From contig OX597840.1 of NCBI GenBank assembly GCA_951406725.2, positions 3,658,001 to 3,722,000 of the forward strand: a stretch of 64,000 nt of DNA, written 5' to 3'. This document shows, in pieces, positions 27,755 to 42,826 of the stretch (the first letter of the stretch is position 1; every line of letters begins with the position of its first letter). The translations under genes were made by a program, and so were the position numbers. The notes under the pieces were generated by a model, which saw nothing but the letters and a program-made list of their open reading frames with translations, was not told where the DNA came from and did no database searches. Source of the stretch: Octopus vulgaris. Lineage: Eukaryota.

Positions 27755-28985
27755 TTAGAGACAAAACCACTATTTTGCAAAACAAACAAGGAAAGACTTA
27801 ATCAATACATAAAATTTTAATAAAAAGTAAAAAAACCGCCACTACAATTGTTTCATGTCTTCAAATGACAATCTTCAGGTGGATTTCCGATCTAAAATAT
27901 CAATATTTTAAAATATAAGTTTAAAAAATAATTTTAAAATAATAAAAGTATCAATGAAAAAATATAAATATATAATCTATATATAACCTATATATAATCC
28001 ATATATAATCAATATAATCTAAAATAAACCCTATCAACAATTAAATAAATTAAATATAAAACAAAATAAAAATAAACTATATATACACACATACGCATAC
28101 ACATACAACTAAGTATATATAACCATATCTAAATACATACACTAACTCACACACCTATACATACACATAAAAACGTCTAGGCAACGATAAATAAACAAAA
28201 TAGCCAAATACTTCAACACAATACTTATTCATACTCCCTCACACACACATACAACCCACATTCATAAACAATATACATATACCCGCTCACATATACATAT
28301 ACATACATACATACAGAACTCGATATATACACCAATATATTCACACCCACATCTATACAGATAAATAAATTACGCAAACAATCACACACACACACACACA
28401 CACACACATTCACACATACATAAACACTCAAAAGAAAAATAAACAATTCTTTGCACGTGGTGATCGAACGTTTTTTTTTAAAATTATGAATGGAATAATA
28501 TATAATCAACGTAAATATACAGAATTTACTCCAAATCATTAATAAACCATCATGATAAATGAAACCCATATATACATAAAATGATAAAACTCCCTTTACC
28601 ATACACAATTATACCTATATAGCAATCTCCATATATATATATTCACACAAAAATACACATACGTAAAACACACACACACAACATATACGTATACCCCCTC
28701 ACATATACATATACATACGTACTATACTCGATATATACAACAATATGTTCACACCCACACTCATACAGATAAATAAATTACACAACCAAAATACGCACAC
28801 ACACACACATTCACACATACATAAACACTCAAGAGAAAAATAACATTACTACACATAATACGATATATAAAATACTTCATAAGTAACCAGAATATCATAA
28901 GTAACAAGATTAACATAAGGAGAAAAAAATATACATACTTTCAAATCAGTTTCAATTTATGAAGTGAAATTAAACTCTAGCCGTT
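27750..28985 (-). mobile_element. (TA)n-flanked ~1.2-kb AT-rich element with a hammerhead and an internal ~160-bp duplication
   Basis: Bounded by long (TA)n on both sides. About 28278-28445 is repeated at about 28691-28845. Hammerhead near one end. Confidence 0.55.
27839..27882 (-). ncRNA. Canonical type I hammerhead ribozyme
   Basis: Minus strand: ccac-CTGAAGA-t-tgtc atttgaa gaca-t-GAAAC-aatt-GTA-gtgg. Palindromic helix III. Confidence 0.85.
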
Positions 28986-29006
28986 AAAATATATATATAT
29001 ATAAAT

Positions 29007-29081
<75 letters not shown>

Positions 29082-29082
29082 A

Positions 29083-29113
<31 letters not shown>

Positions 29114-29268
29114 TCACACATAGACAAAAAGACAGACAGATAGCTAGATACATAGAGAGAGAGGGAGGGGGAGAGAGAGAGCGTACTGATTCCCACACGT
29201 GAAAACAAACGAGCACGCGCACATGCATAAATTTGCATAAATTAATATATACACACACACACACACAC

Positions 29269-29350
<82 letters not shown>

Positions 29351-29665
29351 TTTTTACATGGACAGTGATAAGGAGGAAAGCAAAAAAGGCAGATATGGAG
29401 CTAGTTAGACAATTTATATATTCATATATGAATCTCTGTGTGTGTGTATGTGTGTGTATACATAGAATTACCTACATTACACAACAAAAGCATATGTCGG
29501 TAAGTAGTATACTTTTATTGGTGTGTATATGAAGGTATTTATTTACACACACACACCCGTTTATACACATATTCATGCATGCATATATATAGGCATATAT
29601 GTATAGGTACACACATAGATAGACAGATGGATAGATTTATGTATATATATATACATATATATTTA

Positions 29666-29698
<33 letters not shown>

Positions 29699-29884
29699 AT
29701 CCTGCGCAAGGATGGCACGCACATTCGTGAAGCGTTCCATATTTTAAAATGGCGGTGCCCCAGCATGGCCACAGCTCGTGAGCTGAAACTAGATAAAAAT
29801 AAAAAATAAATAAATAATATATGTGTTGATGTATACATACATACGGACGTACATAGATAGTGATGTACAATTACATATACATTC

Positions 29885-29969
<85 letters not shown>

Positions 29970-30243
29970 AACGAACATACAGTCATATACATACATGAAG
30001 AGGGACACTTTTATACCTACCTACATGCATACATACGTACAACATACATATATACATACACACATACATGCATACACACATGCATGCATGCATGCATATT
30101 TTGGTAACCTAAAAGCAATACAGAAAGGAAAAAGAAAAAAAATGTAATCTTAGTAGATTTTACCTGCCTGCGGCTTCCTTTGATGTTGCTCTTCCATCTG
30201 GGTAATAATAATCATGATAATAATGATAACAATAATAATAATC

Positions 30244-30341
<98 letters not shown>

Positions 30342-30390
30342 AATGATAATAATAATAATAATAATAATAATAATAGTAATGATAATAATG

Positions 30391-30438
<48 letters not shown>

Positions 30439-30601
30439 GTAATTATAATAATGATAAGAATAATGATAATAATATAAAAATATACATATATTTGCATGTA
30501 CGTACGTATATATAAATATATATATATATGTGTGTGTGTGTATATATAAATATATATATGTTTGTGTGTGTGTATGTATGGATATATCTATGAATGTCTA
30601 C

Positions 30602-30632
<31 letters not shown>

Positions 30633-30878
30633 TATATACATACATACATATATGCATACATATATACATGTATTGCAGTAAATAATATATCCTCCGAGGT
30701 CAAATAACCCACGTACACAGACACACACATATGTAAATATATACATATACATATATATATAAACAATATTGGTATATCCTCCTTTATATGTGTGCGTGTG
30801 TGTATACTGAGAACTTAAAGAAAATTTCTAGACCACACATATGCTGATATGCTGGCACATAATATATGCAAGTATATA

Positions 30879-30926
<48 letters not shown>

Positions 30927-30938
30927 ACATATATATAC

Positions 30939-30986
<48 letters not shown>

Positions 30987-31049
30987 GTACCTTAAATACC
31001 TTTGTATCTCTGTATTCATATAGGAAAATGCATGTTTTTAAGTACATGG

Positions 31050-31096
<47 letters not shown>

Positions 31097-31609
31097 TATG
31101 TGTGTGTGTGTGTGTTTGTATATATCATCTATATGCACATTAAATCTATTTACTACTCTTGTACATATTTGTGTCTGTGTTTGTAAGTACAGCAACATAC
31201 ATGTGTGTATGTGTGGTAAAGTTTATGCTAATATATGTATGCATATGTGTATGGGTGTGCCCGCGCGTGTATGTGTGTAGATTTGCTGTGTGTATGTTGG
31301 GACATATTTTTGTTTTCTTCGAGTGCAGAATGGAGTAGGAAAGCAGTTAATAAGTGAAGAACTTAATTCAATTTGTACTATTGAGAACTAAAGCTACATC
31401 GCCAGAATTGATCAGCTTCGGTGTTTCGCCTGAAGAGCGCCATTGAATTTCAATTGAAATGAAAAGGATGTTTTTAGAAAAAAGTGAATACACGTGTGGT
31501 CGGGCTATTATGGTACTCTATATATGTGTGGGGACGTAGGAACGGTTTGTTTATGGTATTTGCTGTTTTGTGAGCACGGTATATTTTGTATTAACCCCCC
31601 CACCCAAAC

Positions 31610-31640
<31 letters not shown>

Positions 31641-31644
31641 CGCG

Positions 31645-32196
31645 GCAAGTAGCTTGTTTACCAGCCACATAGTTCCGGGTTCGGTCCCACTGCGTGGCAC
31701 CTTGGGCAAGTGTCTTCTTCTATAGCCTCGGGCCGTCCAAAGTCTTGTGAGTGGATTTGGTAGATGGAAACTGAAAGAAGCCCGTCGTATATATGTATAT
31801 ATATATGCGTGTGTTTGTGTGTCTGTGTTTGTCCCCTAGCATTGCTTGACAACCGATGCTGATGTGTTTATGTCCCCGTTACTTAGCGGTTTGGCAAAAG
31901 AGGCCGAAAGAATAAGTACTGGGCTTACCAAAGAATAAGTCCCGGGGTCGAGTTGCTCGATTAAAGGCGGTGCTCCAGCATGGCCGCAGTCAAATGTCTG
32001 AACCAAGTAAAAGAGTAAAAGAGTAAGAGTATATGTGTATGTGTGTGTGCGGCAAGTTGCTTGTTTACCAGCCACATGGTTCCGGGTTCAGTCCCACTGC
32101 GTGGCACCTTGGGCAAGTGTCTTCTTCTATAGCCTCGGGCCGTCCAAAGTCTTGTGAGTGGATTTGGTAGATGGAAACTGAAAGAAGCCCGTCGTA

Positions 32197-32227
<31 letters not shown>

Positions 32228-32463
32228 GCGTGTGTTTGTGTGTCTGTGTTTGTCCCCTAGCATTGCTGGACAACCGATGCTGGTGAGTTTATGTCCCCGT
32301 TACTTAGTGGTTCGGGAAAAAGAGGCCGATAGAATAAGTACTGGGCTTACCAAAGAATAAGTCCCGGGGTCGAGTTGCTCGATTAAAGGCGGTGCTCCAG
32401 CATGGCCGCAGTCAAATGACTGAAACAAGTAAAAGAGTAAAAGAGTAAAAGAGAATAAAAGAG

Positions 32464-32465
<2 letters not shown>
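31645..32465 (+). mobile_element. Tandem pair of 5'-clipped SINE family B copies
   Basis: 31645-32030 and 32050-32465 both start gcggcaagt and share private variants (ttgtttaccagccac, gtccaaagtc, gatggaaac). Confidence 0.92.
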
Positions 32466-32956
<491 letters not shown>

Positions 32957-32997
32957 CATACATACACACATATATGTATATATATATATATATATAT

Positions 32998-33290
32998 TAC
33001 TGTAATATCAACACCAAGCAGTGTTCAGGCATAAACGAACTTTGGGTCAGTTTGACTATGTTTTTGACATATCTAAACTGCTAATGGCAAAAATCACTGC
33101 AGTTACCGTGGAGAAAAAGAATTTTCTCTTAGGGTAATCCGACAGGTGGCAGCACTGGACAGATATTTTGTGTTTACATCTTTTTAGCATAAGAGAGATT
33201 TTTTTCTCCACGGTATAACTGCAGTGAATTTGCCTTTAGCAGTTGAAATATGTCACAAATATATTTTAACGAACATAAAGTTAGCATATA
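32998..33290. mobile_element. MITE-like element with ~65-bp internal inverted repeats; truncated copy at 46660-46731
   Basis: tgacatat..aactgctaa.ggcaaa..tcactgcagtta.ccgtggagaaaaa (33066-33131) is inverted at 33190-33256. The start TActgtaatatc..cagtgttcaggcataa recurs at 46660. Both lie in (TA)n. Confidence 0.7.
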
Positions 33291-33299
33291 TATGTGTGG

Positions 33300-33364
<65 letters not shown>

Positions 33365-33405
33365 CATGTATATATACATATATATATACATACATATATA
33401 TAGAT

Positions 33406-33690
33406 ATACAAAATTAAGAGGAATAACCACTAAAGTGGACATCTAATATGCTAAACATAGACGTCGAATCGCCATTACCACGAAGTGTAATGTTCTCAAG
33501 AGAACACACTCTTAGTGGTAATGGCGATTTGACGTCTATGTTTAGCATATTACGTGTCCACTTTAGTGGTCATTCCTCGTAATTTTGTATGTAACACAAT
33601 TTTTAATCTTCGGACATTTTAAATATGCTAAGCCTCTGGTTTTAATTGATTAATATTAATTTCTACCCTCATTATTTAATTTACATATAT
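33406..33690 (+). mobile_element. Fold-back element with a ~90-bp-arm palindrome (33406-33590) and a conserved tail
   Basis: atacaaaatta.gaggaat.accactaaagtggaca.. / ..tgtccactttagtggtcattcctcgtaattttgtat. Related to 2926-3170. Confidence 0.8.
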
Positions 33691-33802
33691 TTATATATAT
33701 ATATATATATATATATCATGATCATACCGACCAGTCCATCAGATACACATCGCTGGTCACAATGCGTTCGCATTGTTTTAGCCTTCGAATGACGCCACCC
33801 CG

Positions 33803-33861
<59 letters not shown>

Positions 33862-33892
33862 CAAAATAAGCAACAAGAATATCTCCTGTAAT

Positions 33893-33974
33893 TTGGTACG
33901 ATCGTTTCGTACTACATCATTTTATTAAATGTTGTATTACAACAGTTTTAAAATGCTGAGCACTCATCAGCTAA
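33893..33974 (-). ncRNA. Canonical type I hammerhead ribozyme in a ~165-bp (TA)n-flanked insert (33857-34020)
   Basis: Minus strand: ttag-CTGATGA-gtgct cagcatttta..taaaatgatg t agtac-GAAAC-gatc-GTA-ccaa. Extended stem II, palindromic helix III ACGAUCGU, one mismatch in stem I. Confidence 0.85.
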
Positions 33975-34102
33975 TTATAGAGGTTTCCCATTAATACAAA
34001 CATTTTCATATCAAGTGGCATATATATATATATATATAGATATATAGACAAAGATATATTTAAATTTTAAGAACATTTGAGGTAGTGGAGCCCATCAACT
34101 GA

Positions 34103-34148
<46 letters not shown>

Positions 34149-34334
34149 AATTTTGTACAGTGATGGGTATGTGATCATGAATCAAAGTTGACTTGAAATC
34201 GACTGAGTGGGAGAAAGTGGCAGGCAGAGGATGCCTGGGTCTAAAGGAAGCCTGCGTTGCCAGATGCTGACATAGTTATCGTACATGCAGCTGCCCAACG
34301 TACGAAAATCGATTTTATATTTATTTATTCTTGT

Positions 34335-34548
34335 ATTCTTTTATTTGTTTCATTCGTTTTCACTGCGGCCATGCTAGAGCACCTCATTTACTCGAACAAA
34401 TCGATCCCAGGACTTATTCTAAGTAAGCTTAGTACTTATTCTATCAGTCAGCTTTACCGAACCACCAAGTTACGGCGACGTAAACACACCAACATCGGTT
34501 GTCAAGCGATGGTGGGGGACAAACACACACACACACACACACACACAT

Positions 34549-34596
<48 letters not shown>

Positions 34597-34758
34597 GACT
34601 GGCTTCTTTCAGTTTCCGTCTGCCAAATCCACTCACAAGGCTTTGGTCGGCCCGAGACTATAGTAGAAGAGACTTGTACAAGGTGCCACGCAGTGCGAAT
34701 GAACCCGGAACCATGTGGTTGGTAAGCAATCTACTTACAGCACAGCCACTTCTGCGCC
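34335..34758 (-). mobile_element. SINE family B, full length
   Basis: Matches the family B consensus end to end. Confidence 0.9.
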
Positions 34759-34787
34759 TATTGCTTATTTATTCATTTTTTCATGTT

Positions 34788-34900
34788 GTCGTAAGTCGAA
34801 TAGGACGTAAGTCACATACGTCGTATGTCGCATAGGTCGTAAGTCGCATAGGTCGTAAATAGCATAGGTCGTAAGTCGCATGGGTCGTAAGTCGAGGAGT
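34788..34900. repeat. 16-bp minisatellite (gtcgtaagtcgcatag) x ~7 ending in a Tigger-like TIR remnant
   Basis: Tandem units are visible and the array ends gtcgtaagtcgaggag. Confidence 0.8.
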
Positions 34901-35272
34901 TGTATTTTATTAGTCCAGCAACACCGGAAGGAGAAACTGATTGAGTCAGGGTCTACCTCGACAGAATTTGAACAGCACTAACCGTCACAGATACTAACGT
35001 AAACACCACTGCTGCCTCCATCACGACCGCCACTGCCAAGAATGACATGCGTAAAGGTGACGTTCTTCGAGTGATTACGTCACTACACACCCCACATTCC
35101 ACCACCACCACTACCACCACCCCGGCTGCACCCGGTTCCCAATTAATATGAATAATCCACTTCTTGCCTTCTTTCTGTTCTTATGCAGCTATAAACGTTT
35201 GCTTCCTACACCATACCAACACACACATCTATATGCTAACTAAAGACACACACACACACACATACACACACG

Positions 35273-35322
<50 letters not shown>

Positions 35323-35656
35323 AATAAATATATATATATACATACATATATATATATACATATGCATATATATACATATGCATATACACAAACATGTATA
35401 CACATACACACGCATATATCTATACATATATACATACTAATATACATACATGTATGTATATATATATATATATATACATACTCACACACATGTACACACA
35501 CGCTGCCTCATGTTTGCCAAAATGCTATCTGGTCAGGCAGAATGATAGGAAATATATTGGTTCGCTTCCAAATCATATCTACTTCCTCACACACATATAC
35601 ATACATATATAAGTATAATATAATATATATACAATTATATGCATATAATATATATA

Positions 35657-35776
<120 letters not shown>

Positions 35777-35877
35777 TATATAGATAGATACATACATACA
35801 TACTTTATAGTCATATGGTAATGAATTGTTAAATTTAAGTATGTATATATAATAATATACAATATTTACACAAACAC

Positions 35878-35947
<70 letters not shown>

Positions 35948-36419
35948 GCATTCATACACACACACACTAGTATAATTGTCTTTATGTATGCATACACACT
36001 GTCACATACACACACACATACACACGGACTTATATAACAATGCAGCCCTGCGTTTGTAGCGCCCCCTTACACGTGCGTGCGCATTAACTTATACATTTAA
36101 TTATCCGAATATGTTCCAAATGCACAAATCTTTATGGAAGGGAACCGAAAAATACTTTTCAACAATTGATGTATTTTTGAAAACAAATTTTCACAAGATC
36201 TAATCAACAGAAATCCACCATACAGGTTTTGATGATCTGCAGACATGCTCTAAGTCTACGAGATCTCCAGTACTTCCTTGACGGTGAACAGGTGTAGGTG
36301 TGGTCGCCGTTCACCAGACACATATTTCCCCAGCTGGTTTCGTTAGCGGAGCCGCTGTCCTGGGTCAGATAGCAACAGAATCCTTAAGCATGCCTTCCAT
36401 CGAGTCCTGCCAGAAGCAT

Positions 36420-36760
36420 ACGTATTTCAAAGGGCCGGCTTTGTTACATTACGTCCCACGCCGAATTTCTCTGAGAACTTCGTTAAGGGTACACGTCTCC
36501 AAGGAGTACACAGCCACTTAGAAGATAATTTCACTAGCAGGCTATTTCCTCATTCGAATCAACTGCAGCACTTGTCGTCGTAAACGACGGAGTACCTATT
36601 TCTTTACTACCCCCACAAGGGGCTAAATACAGAGGGGACAAACAAAGGATAGACAAACGGATTAAGTCGATTACAACGACCTCAGTGCGTAACTGGTACT
36701 AAATGTATCGACCCCCAAAGGATGAAAGGCAAAGTCGACCTCGGCGGAATTTGAACTCCG
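36420..36760. mobile_element. SINE C 3' part (+, 36420-36595) abutting SINE A (-, 36598-36760)
   Basis: gtatttcaaagggccggc...gtcgtcgtaaacgacggagt matches family C. The following sequence is reverse family A. Confidence 0.82.
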
Positions 36761-37870
36761 GAGTACCCGGCCAACTTTAATCCATACAACGAAGGGACTA
36801 AAATCTCAATAAACCCGATTATGTGTTTTTTTAAAAAAAAAAAAAGATAATTCATACCATTATCAAAAAACGTAGCCGCTGGGCCTGCTAAAAGTAGAAG
36901 GAAATTTCTCTCAAATTTCACATTAATCTCTTGAAATAAGAAGGACATGGTGTAAGATGTGGTGACAGATATAACAAAAATTTTAAAAAGTGGGGAAATG
37001 GAATATTTTTCATCGGAGGTTGGTTGAATGGGAGGCGGGGGGGGGGGGTCGAGTCTCAACAACAACAACAACAACAACCGTGTTGATGACGTCAGTGCCA
37101 GGACAGACAGTATCAAAGCCAATGTCACCTTCACCATCAGCAGCATCCTCATCATCATCGTCATCGTCAGCAGAAGTAGCAGTAACATTTGTACCGGCGT
37201 CACCACCACCAACAGCAACAACAACAACAGCAACATTAAAAGAAGCATTATCACCATCCCAACCACGGACATCACCACCACCGCCATTTCCATCCATCGT
37301 CATCATCATCATCATCATCATCATCGTCGACGTCGTCATCATCATCATCGTCGTCGTCGTCGTCATCATCATATATCGTCAGCCTTCGCATCATCACCAT
37401 CTGCAGCAGAAGTGGCACTGTCGTCGCTGCCGCCGCCACCACTGCCACCGCCAAGGACAACACCGCCGCCACCGCAACCATCACCGCCAACACCACCACG
37501 AACACCATCGCCAACACCGCCCCCATCTTCATCAGTATCAACGTTGTCGTCTTCGTCGTCGTGGGGTTTAACATCATCATCATCGCTATCCTCAGACTAC
37601 AACATCGCTGTCAGCACCGCCTTCGGTGCCATCGTCAACAACAGCACCGTCATCATCATCATCACAGCTGCCAGTAATAATCATCATGGTCGTCGACGTC
37701 GTCGTCATCATCATCATCTTCATCATCGCTATTGTCATCATCATCATTATCGCCATCCTTATCATCACCATCATACTCATCATCATCACCATCATCATCA
37801 TCACCATCATCATCATCACCATCACCACCACTATCATCTTCAACATCGCTAAAGCTATCATCCTTATCAC

Positions 37871-37908
<38 letters not shown>

Positions 37909-38066
37909 ACATCATCATCAACATCATCATCATCATCCACATCATCATCATCATCATCATCACTATCATCTTCATCACCATCATCATCATCCACATCACT
38001 ATCATCATCATCACTATCATCTTCATCACCATCATCATCATCTTCACCATCGCTATTGTCATCATC

Positions 38067-38101
<35 letters not shown>

Positions 38102-38168
38102 TACCATCATCATCACCATCATCACCATCACCATCACCATCATCATCACCAACATCATCATCATCATC

Positions 38169-38200
<32 letters not shown>

Positions 38201-39090
38201 TACCATTACCGCAACCACCAAAAACAATATCTTCATTGAGATGCAAACAATCGACAACAGCAACAACAGCAACAACAACAACCACGACGACGACGACGAC
38301 GATGACGACAGCACCAACACCAACAACAACAGCGACAACAACAACAACTACAACACTAACCTCTATGTACTTGCAATTTACTTTCATCAAATAACTGTAT
38401 TAATTGCTGCTTTAATGAGAAGACATAAAATAATATTGATTATTACTGCGTGTGTATGTGTGTGAGTGTGTGTGTGTGTGTGTTTGTGTGTGTTTGTGTG
38501 TGTGTGGATGTAGATGTGTGTGAGTGTGTGTGAGTGTGTATATATATGAATGTGTGTGTGTGTGTATGAATGTATATGTGTGTGTTTGTGTGTGTCTCAG
38601 TGTGCTTCGTACGTAAGTATATATGCGTGCGTACATGTATAGAGGAGTGTATCTGCATATATGTATATGCATACAAATTATACATGCATATGTGTATATA
38701 CGTGTACAAATATCTATCTATATACATATATATATATATGTGAGTGTGTGTGTCTGCGTGTACATATTACAACATGTGACTATATATATACACATATATA
38801 TATATACATACATATACATATATATATAGAAACACGCATATACTTTTGCAGATTTATTTACACAGGGATGTATACATACGTATATACATACATTTACGCG
38901 CACGCACACAGTCACACACGCGCACACACACACACATATTCACATATTCATGTGTGTATCTGTATGTGAGGACATGTGTATAAATGTATGCAGAGGTTCA
39001 AGTATAGGCATATACGAGCAAAAGTTAATATGTAAATAGGTATGATTATATTGGCGTAGATGAATATGTATAATTGTATGTGTATATATG

Positions 39091-39161
<71 letters not shown>

Positions 39162-39401
39162 TTATACTTGCATATGTAAGCACATATACGTTATGTATAC
39201 ACACGCTCACACATTTGCACATTGAAAGAGAAGTATATATATATATGTGTGTGTGTGTATTTAAATGCAGTCATACATACATAGTCACAAATATACACGC
39301 TTCTATTCGTATATAATTAAACTGTTAATTATGTATAATAAGATGTAATACGAATAGCTATAGGTACACACACTTCTACACTTCCAAACACACACACACA
39401 C

Positions 39402-39445
<44 letters not shown>

Positions 39446-39588
39446 ACCTGTATGAGTGTATGCGAGGATGGACACATAGGTGCATGTTCGTGTCTCGTCC
39501 TTGTGCAACTGCATACGTATCTATGTGTGTGCGTATATTATATGTATATATATATATACATACATACATACACACATACATATATATA

Positions 39589-39624
<36 letters not shown>

Positions 39625-39688
39625 TGTATATGTATATATATATATTATATGTATATATTTATGTATACATACAAATACATATATATAT

Positions 39689-39820
<132 letters not shown>

Positions 39821-40355
39821 ATAGATATATATATATATACGTATGCACATGTTCCTTGTGGGGGAAGAAGTAAAGGGGGTACCTAGTGAGGGGTGATGGT
39901 CGGTTGAGGAGACAGTAGGGGCGGAGTTTAAATCACACACGAGAAGAACAAAAAATTCTTTCATCTTGTGGAAAGGAAACATCCAACTTTCACTGCAGTA
40001 CAATGGAGGAAGATGGGAATGGTGGGAGATGTGGGGATGGGTGGGGCTGGAATGTGATGATAATGGTGGTGTTGATGGTGGTGGTGGTGGTGGTGGTGGT
40101 GATGGTGATGACGACAACGGTAGTGGTGGTCGTGCTTGGGGCGGTGACTGTGTGACGTGATGGTGATTTTGATGACCGAGAAGAAGAAGAAGAAGAAGAA
40201 GAAGAAGAAGAAGAAGAAGAAGAAGAAGAAGAAGAAAAAAGGAAAAGAAAAAGAAGGAGAAAAGCAGGAGGACTTGGGGTGGGGAAAAAGAAGGGACGTT
40301 GCAAAAGAAGACAACAGAACATCGCAATATAAACGACAAAAACAATAACATCGAC

Positions 40356-40436
<81 letters not shown>

Positions 40437-40575
40437 TACAGCCATAAAAATAATCGTAAAAAATTATCAATAATAATAATCAATATTATAAATGATGTTG
40501 TTCTTATTTTAATTAGTGTTATATAATTATTCAAAAACTCCAACAATCATTATTATTATTTTTTTTGTTGCCATA

Positions 40576-40628
<53 letters not shown>

Positions 40629-40659
40629 CATTATTATTATTATCATTTTATTGCAACTT

Positions 40660-40690
<31 letters not shown>

Positions 40691-40789
40691 AACTACTACT
40701 ATCATTACTATTATCACAATTAATGATAACAACAATAACAACAACAACAACAATATTAATAATAATGATGATGATGATAATAATTATCC

Positions 40790-41105
40790 TTTCTACAAGG
40801 CCTGAAAATTGGGGAGGGGGATAGTCGACTACATAGACTCCAGTACACAACTGGTATTTAATTTCTCGCCTCCTGTAGGATGAAAAGCAAAGTCGACCAA
40901 GCCGGAATTTGAACTCAGAACGCAGCAACGGGGGAAATGTTTCTAAGCATTTTGCCTGTCACGCAAAACGATTCTGCCAGCTCCTGCAAAATTCTTAACG
41001 GCATTTCATCCTTCTTTACCTTCTGAGTTCAAACGCCACCGAGGTCGATTTTGCATCCTTTTGAGTTCGATGAAATAACTACCAGTTCAGTACTGGAGTC
41101 GATAC
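40790..41105. mobile_element. Head-to-head diverged SINE A copies (- then +)
   Basis: ggatgaaaagcaaagtcgac..gaatttgaactcagaa (-) and ttctgagttcaaa..gaggtcga (+). Confidence 0.75.
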
Positions 41106-41572
41106 CCTGCGCACGTAAGTGAAAGCAGGATTTCGTAGTCGCTCTCCTTGTCTGTGTGTTTGCAAAAGTACTGGAAAACGACTAAACGTATTTTCGCAAA
41201 ACTTCTCAGAAATACTCGTTGGCTGAGTGGCTTGAACTCATTAAATTTTTGTTTGATTATCTCCAAAACTGGTGGACGGAGGAATCAAAATGTTCTTTCT
41301 TTGTTCGCATATGCATAAACGATAAGCAGGGTAAATAACTCTTGATGTAATTTTGTTGAAAAATGAATTCATCTGAGAATATATTTATTAAATTATATTT
41401 TATTTTATCCTTGTGTGCGCAAGGTATGCATCGTCCCTCCAATGCCTTTTTCTCATTCCATTTTAAATCAATATAATTCAAGATTTTTCTACTTCGTTCT
41501 CTGAAATATTTTGTCTGAAAGAATTGCAACATATTCTATGAGATTCTCTTGTTATTCTCTGTCATGTACAAT

Positions 41573-41787
41573 TATTAAAATTTTTTGCACAAGGGCAGCT
41601 TGGAGGAGGTGGGGATGATTCGATTACATCAACCCCAATGTTCAACTGGTACTTATTTTATCGACCCCGAAAGGATGAAAGGCAAAGTCAACCTCAGCGG
41701 AATTTGAACTAAGAATGTAGCGACGGACGAAATACTGCTATGCATATCGTCCAGCGTGCTAACGCTTCTGCCAGCTCACGGCCGTGG
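41573..41787 (-). mobile_element. SINE family A with a 20-bp target-site duplication
   Basis: tattctctgtcatgtacaat at 41553-41572 and 41788-41807 flanks the copy. Confidence 0.9.
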
Positions 41788-41848
41788 TATTCTCTGTCAT
41801 GTACAATGATACCTGCTCTGTGGTATTGAATCATTTTGTTTGTCTCTC

Positions 41849-42256
41849 TGAGCCACTGCTGAGCCACACCTGAGTCACTCCTGGGCCACTCCTGAGCCAT
41901 TCCTGATCCACCCCTGGTCCACTCCTGAGCCATTCCTGATCCACTCCTGAGCCGCTCCTGAGCCACCCTTGGGCCACTCCTGAGCCACGCCTGAGCCATT
42001 CCTGGACCACTCCTGAGCCACTCCTGAGCCACTCCTGAGCCGCTCCTGAGCCACCCCTGGGCCACTCCTGAGCCACTCCTGAGCCACTCCTGGGCCACTC
42101 TTAAGCCACTCCTGAGCCACTCCTGAGCCACTCCTGAGCCACTCCTGAGCCACTCCTGAGCCACTCCTGAGCCACTCCTGAGCCACTCCTGAGCCACTCC
42201 TGAGCCACTCCTGAGCCACTCCTGAACCACTCCTGAGCCACTCCTGAGCCGCTCCC
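41849..42256. repeat. 11-bp GC-rich minisatellite (ctgagccactc)n, about 37 units
   Basis: Directly visible. It is the source of the QEWLRSGSGVA ORFs. Confidence 0.97.
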
Positions 42257-42479
42257 AGATGAATCCAGATGAATCTTCACATTCTTAGTGCGTCTGTGGA
42301 ACTCTTCTTTGCTAATAATTCCTTTCATTTACAAATTATTTTACCTCTACTTCAAACAACCTTACTTATATTACAGCATATCTAACTCGCTCCTCTTCAC
42401 TCATTACTGACTTCTGTCCCCCTTCACACAATTCTCCGTTTCATGTGTTTATCTGCAGACAGTCATGGCAACTATGACT

Positions 42480-42826
42480 GTTCATGGCCTTGACATAACT
42501 TGATAAGCTTTCTCCATACTGGTCGGCTTTTCGCTTGAGCTCGCCACTTATTATGATCAATTCCTTTTCCCCTCATATACCTTTCTGCTGTATCTTTGAA
42601 TCTCAGTCTAGGTCTTCCATGGTTTCTTTTCCCCTTGTACAGTTGGGAATAGAGGATTTGACTGGGAGAGTCTGATCTTGTCCATCCTGTGTACGTCTTC
42701 CAGCCAACGTAAATTTCTCTCGATGGCGATGTCCATCATAGGAGACAGGCCAGCACGCCGTAGGATCTCTGCATTTCTGATCTTATCAAGGCGACTAATA
42801 TTCGTAGTTCGTCGTAACTGTTTCAT
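42480..42826 (-). pseudogene. RTE-clade LINE ORF C-terminal remnant
   Basis: LRRTTNISRLDKIRNAEILRRAGLSPMMDIAIERNLRWLEDVHRM, then after a frameshift YSQLYKGKRNHGRPRLRFKD...W......RPVWR. This is the typical RTE/BovB C-terminus. Confidence 0.88.

Noticed and set aside
31427-31506. CTGAAGA...gaatacacgtgt hammerhead-like motif (similar weak cases at 21025, 54408 and 59965)
   Set aside because: Stems or the GAAA/NUH elements are too damaged to distinguish from chance.
34788-34900. CRISPR-like array (also the 11-bp and 150-bp repeats)
   Set aside because: No unique spacers and no cas genes, in a eukaryotic context.
37028-38465. Long His/Pro/Ser-rich ORFs resembling transcription-factor low-complexity regions
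   Set aside because: Degenerate (ATC)/(ACC) array open in most frames, with no flanking domain.
41709-42328. QEWLRSGSGVA repeat protein
   Set aside because: It is the translation of an 11-bp minisatellite and appears in all three minus frames.
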